A stretch of 63,984 nt of DNA, counting the filler, from Lenisia limosa (lineage: Eukaryota > Protista > Breviatea), in NCBI GenBank assembly GCA_001655205.1. It is 17 parts of 17 records of this genome, joined end to end, with 100 filler letters (N's around TTAATTAATTAA, not from the genome) between each part and the next. Parts side by side here need not be neighbours in the genome. Positions count along the whole stretch, not along the records: positions 62,793 to 63,984 come from LPNZ01007019.1; 16 more parts are not named here. One strand, 5' to 3'. The translations under genes and the position numbers were made by a program. The notes under the pieces were generated by a model that was not told where the DNA came from, made no database searches, and was given only the letters and a program-made list of their open reading frames with translations. Position 1 is the stretch's first letter. Each line of letters starts with the position of its first letter. Positions 62,799 to 63,984 of this stretch are shown piece by piece.

Positions 62799-63272
62799 GT
62801 GCAAGCGGAAAACAAAAAAATGACAGAAGAAAAATTACAGATAGAATTTTTAAAAGAACTGCTTTTAAATACACCGAATAAATCGGAAATGAATATTAAC
62901 GGATTTTACTCTGAGCATATCTCTGACAAATCATTCCGAAAATTGTTCTCTGAAAAACAAGTTCCTGATAAAAGTGAAATTTCGACTTTTATTATTCCAC
63001 TGACTTCTGAATTAAAAAAAATTCTGTTAAATATTCTCGAATTGGAAAAAGAAAAACTGATTTACGACTTGGTTCATTTCTCAATCGAAAAAGAAAGCAA
63101 ACCGATTTTTGTCAGTTATGACGGAATGGAATTAATGCAAATAAATAAAACGGAATTTAATGAGACATTACTCAATTTGATTTCGGTAAAATATAAAGCA
63201 CTTGAAATTAAATTATTTGACGAAATTAATGACAACGGATTTTTTGCAACGGAGAAAAAAGCCAGCACATAA
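62799..63272 (+). CDS. Bacterial hypothetical protein (gene cassette ORF)
   Basis: Intronless ORF of 157 aa (ATG at 62820 is an alternative start). Its TAA stop lies within the attC-like R'' box. Confidence 0.8.
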   Translation: MQAENKKMTEEKLQIEFLKELLLNTPNKSEMNINGFYSEHISDKSFRKLFSEKQVPDKSEISTFIIPLTSELKKILLNILELEKEKLIYDLVHFSIEKESKPIFVSYDGMELMQINKTEFNETLLNLISVKYKALEIKLFDEINDNGFFATEKKAST

Positions 63273-63400
63273 CACAGTATAAAAATAATTGCTTAGTTTT
63301 AGGCTTAACCCAGTGGCGTTGCAAGTTTACTACGTCTGATTTTCCTGCGGAAAATCCTCGCACGTAAACCCGCAACTCTTTTTATACCAACCGTTAGGGC
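63266..63400 (+). mobile_element. attC-like recombination site (integron gene cassette)
   Basis: R''-like ACATAAC at 63267-63273 and R'-like GTTAGGG(C) at 63393-63400 flank the imperfect inverted repeat AGTATAAAAATAATTGC / GCAACTCTTTTTATACC. The scaffold starts with GTTATGT (62794-62800), the exact complement of ACATAAC. Confidence 0.8.
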
Positions 63401-63404
63401 ACAT

Positions 63405-63984
63405 ATGAAAAAAACATTGGAAATATTGACTTTTCTTTTTGCCATAACATTGATTTCCTGTGGTAGAAATTATCGTGTGGACAAAAACGATTTGAATTAT
63501 ATTCCTTATAACGGAAATGAGGTTTTAATTTTTAAATCTGATTTGAATAGATTGGACACAATTTTCGTCAAAGATTTACGGAAATTTAATGGATGCTATG
63601 ACCCTTTGTCCTTTTCGTCAGATGATTGTGAGGGTTATGAAATTGTCACAAAAGCAACTGACCCGAATTATGACAGATATCTGGAAGGTCAAGGTTTAGT
63701 GCATATTGTAAAATCAAAAGATGGCGAAACTTATATAAACTTTGGAATTACTATGAAAGGCTCTTGGTTTTATGGTGCTGAATTACATCCGATAAACCTA
63801 AACCGATTTGATAGTATTCCGACATCTTCAATGGTTATTGAAAATAAAAAGTATGACGATGTCAAAACCTTAAAATCAAATGGACGATATAGTAAAAGAG
63901 ACAATTACGTGGAAAGAATTTATTGGAGTGTTTCAGAGGGGTTTTTAGGACTTGACAGAAGAGACGAAAAATGGAGATTAATAA
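63405..63984 (+). CDS. Bacterial lipoprotein (second cassette ORF, runs off the window)
   Basis: MKKTLEILTFLFAITLISCGRNYRVDKNDLNYIPYNGNEVLIFKS.. has a signal peptide II lipobox (LISC). It is open to the end of the window and starts 4 nt after the attC R' box. Confidence 0.85.
   Translation, partial: MKKTLEILTFLFAITLISCGRNYRVDKNDLNYIPYNGNEVLIFKSDLNRLDTIFVKDLRKFNGCYDPLSFSSDDCEGYEIVTKATDPNYDRYLEGQGLVHIVKSKDGETYINFGITMKGSWFYGAELHPINLNRFDSIPTSSMVIENKKYDDVKTLKSNGRYSKRDNYVERIYWSVSEGFLGLDRRDEKWRLI

Noticed and set aside
49416-63984. A functional link between the virus-like fibre gene, the YR remnants and the bacterial cassette
   Set aside because: They are on different scaffolds separated by artificial linkers, so proximity in this window is meaningless.

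Overview
This window is not one locus. It is 17 short draft scaffolds joined by an artificial N-TTAATTAATTAA-N linker (16 linkers), with many internal N gaps. Fifteen scaffolds come from an intron-rich, AT-rich microbial eukaryote; an amoeboid or other protist is plausible but cannot be named from sequence. Their genes are split into short exons, so the ORF track misses most of them. Manual splicing recovers a tandem PH-domain protein, an N-terminal RS-domain protein built from micro-exons, a kelch protein, a CNH-domain protein, a complete 9-exon ankyrin protein, an NTAQ1/WDYHV-like exon, an RNI-type LRR protein, a filamin/Ig-repeat protein, beta'-COP, an RRM protein, a histidine kinase, a DEAH-box RNA helicase and several unknown genes. 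One 9.7-kb scaffold (32353-42095) holds decayed mobile DNA: two related tyrosine-recombinase remnants, a RecQ-like helicase with its motif-I segment inverted, a possible pogo-like DDE remnant and a ~940-bp foldback element. One scaffold carries an intronless, virus-like fibre gene (trimeric coiled coil plus C1q/TNF-like head). The last scaffold is bacterial (Bacteroidetes-like) and has an integron-type gene cassette with an attC site. The most striking pattern is a ~120-nt hairpin-containing repeat found 17 times. It lies on the sense strand of the host gene in every case, and in 9 cases it forms the 3' splice site. This is an introner-like, splice-site-donating element family. Exon boundaries were read by eye and some are approximate.
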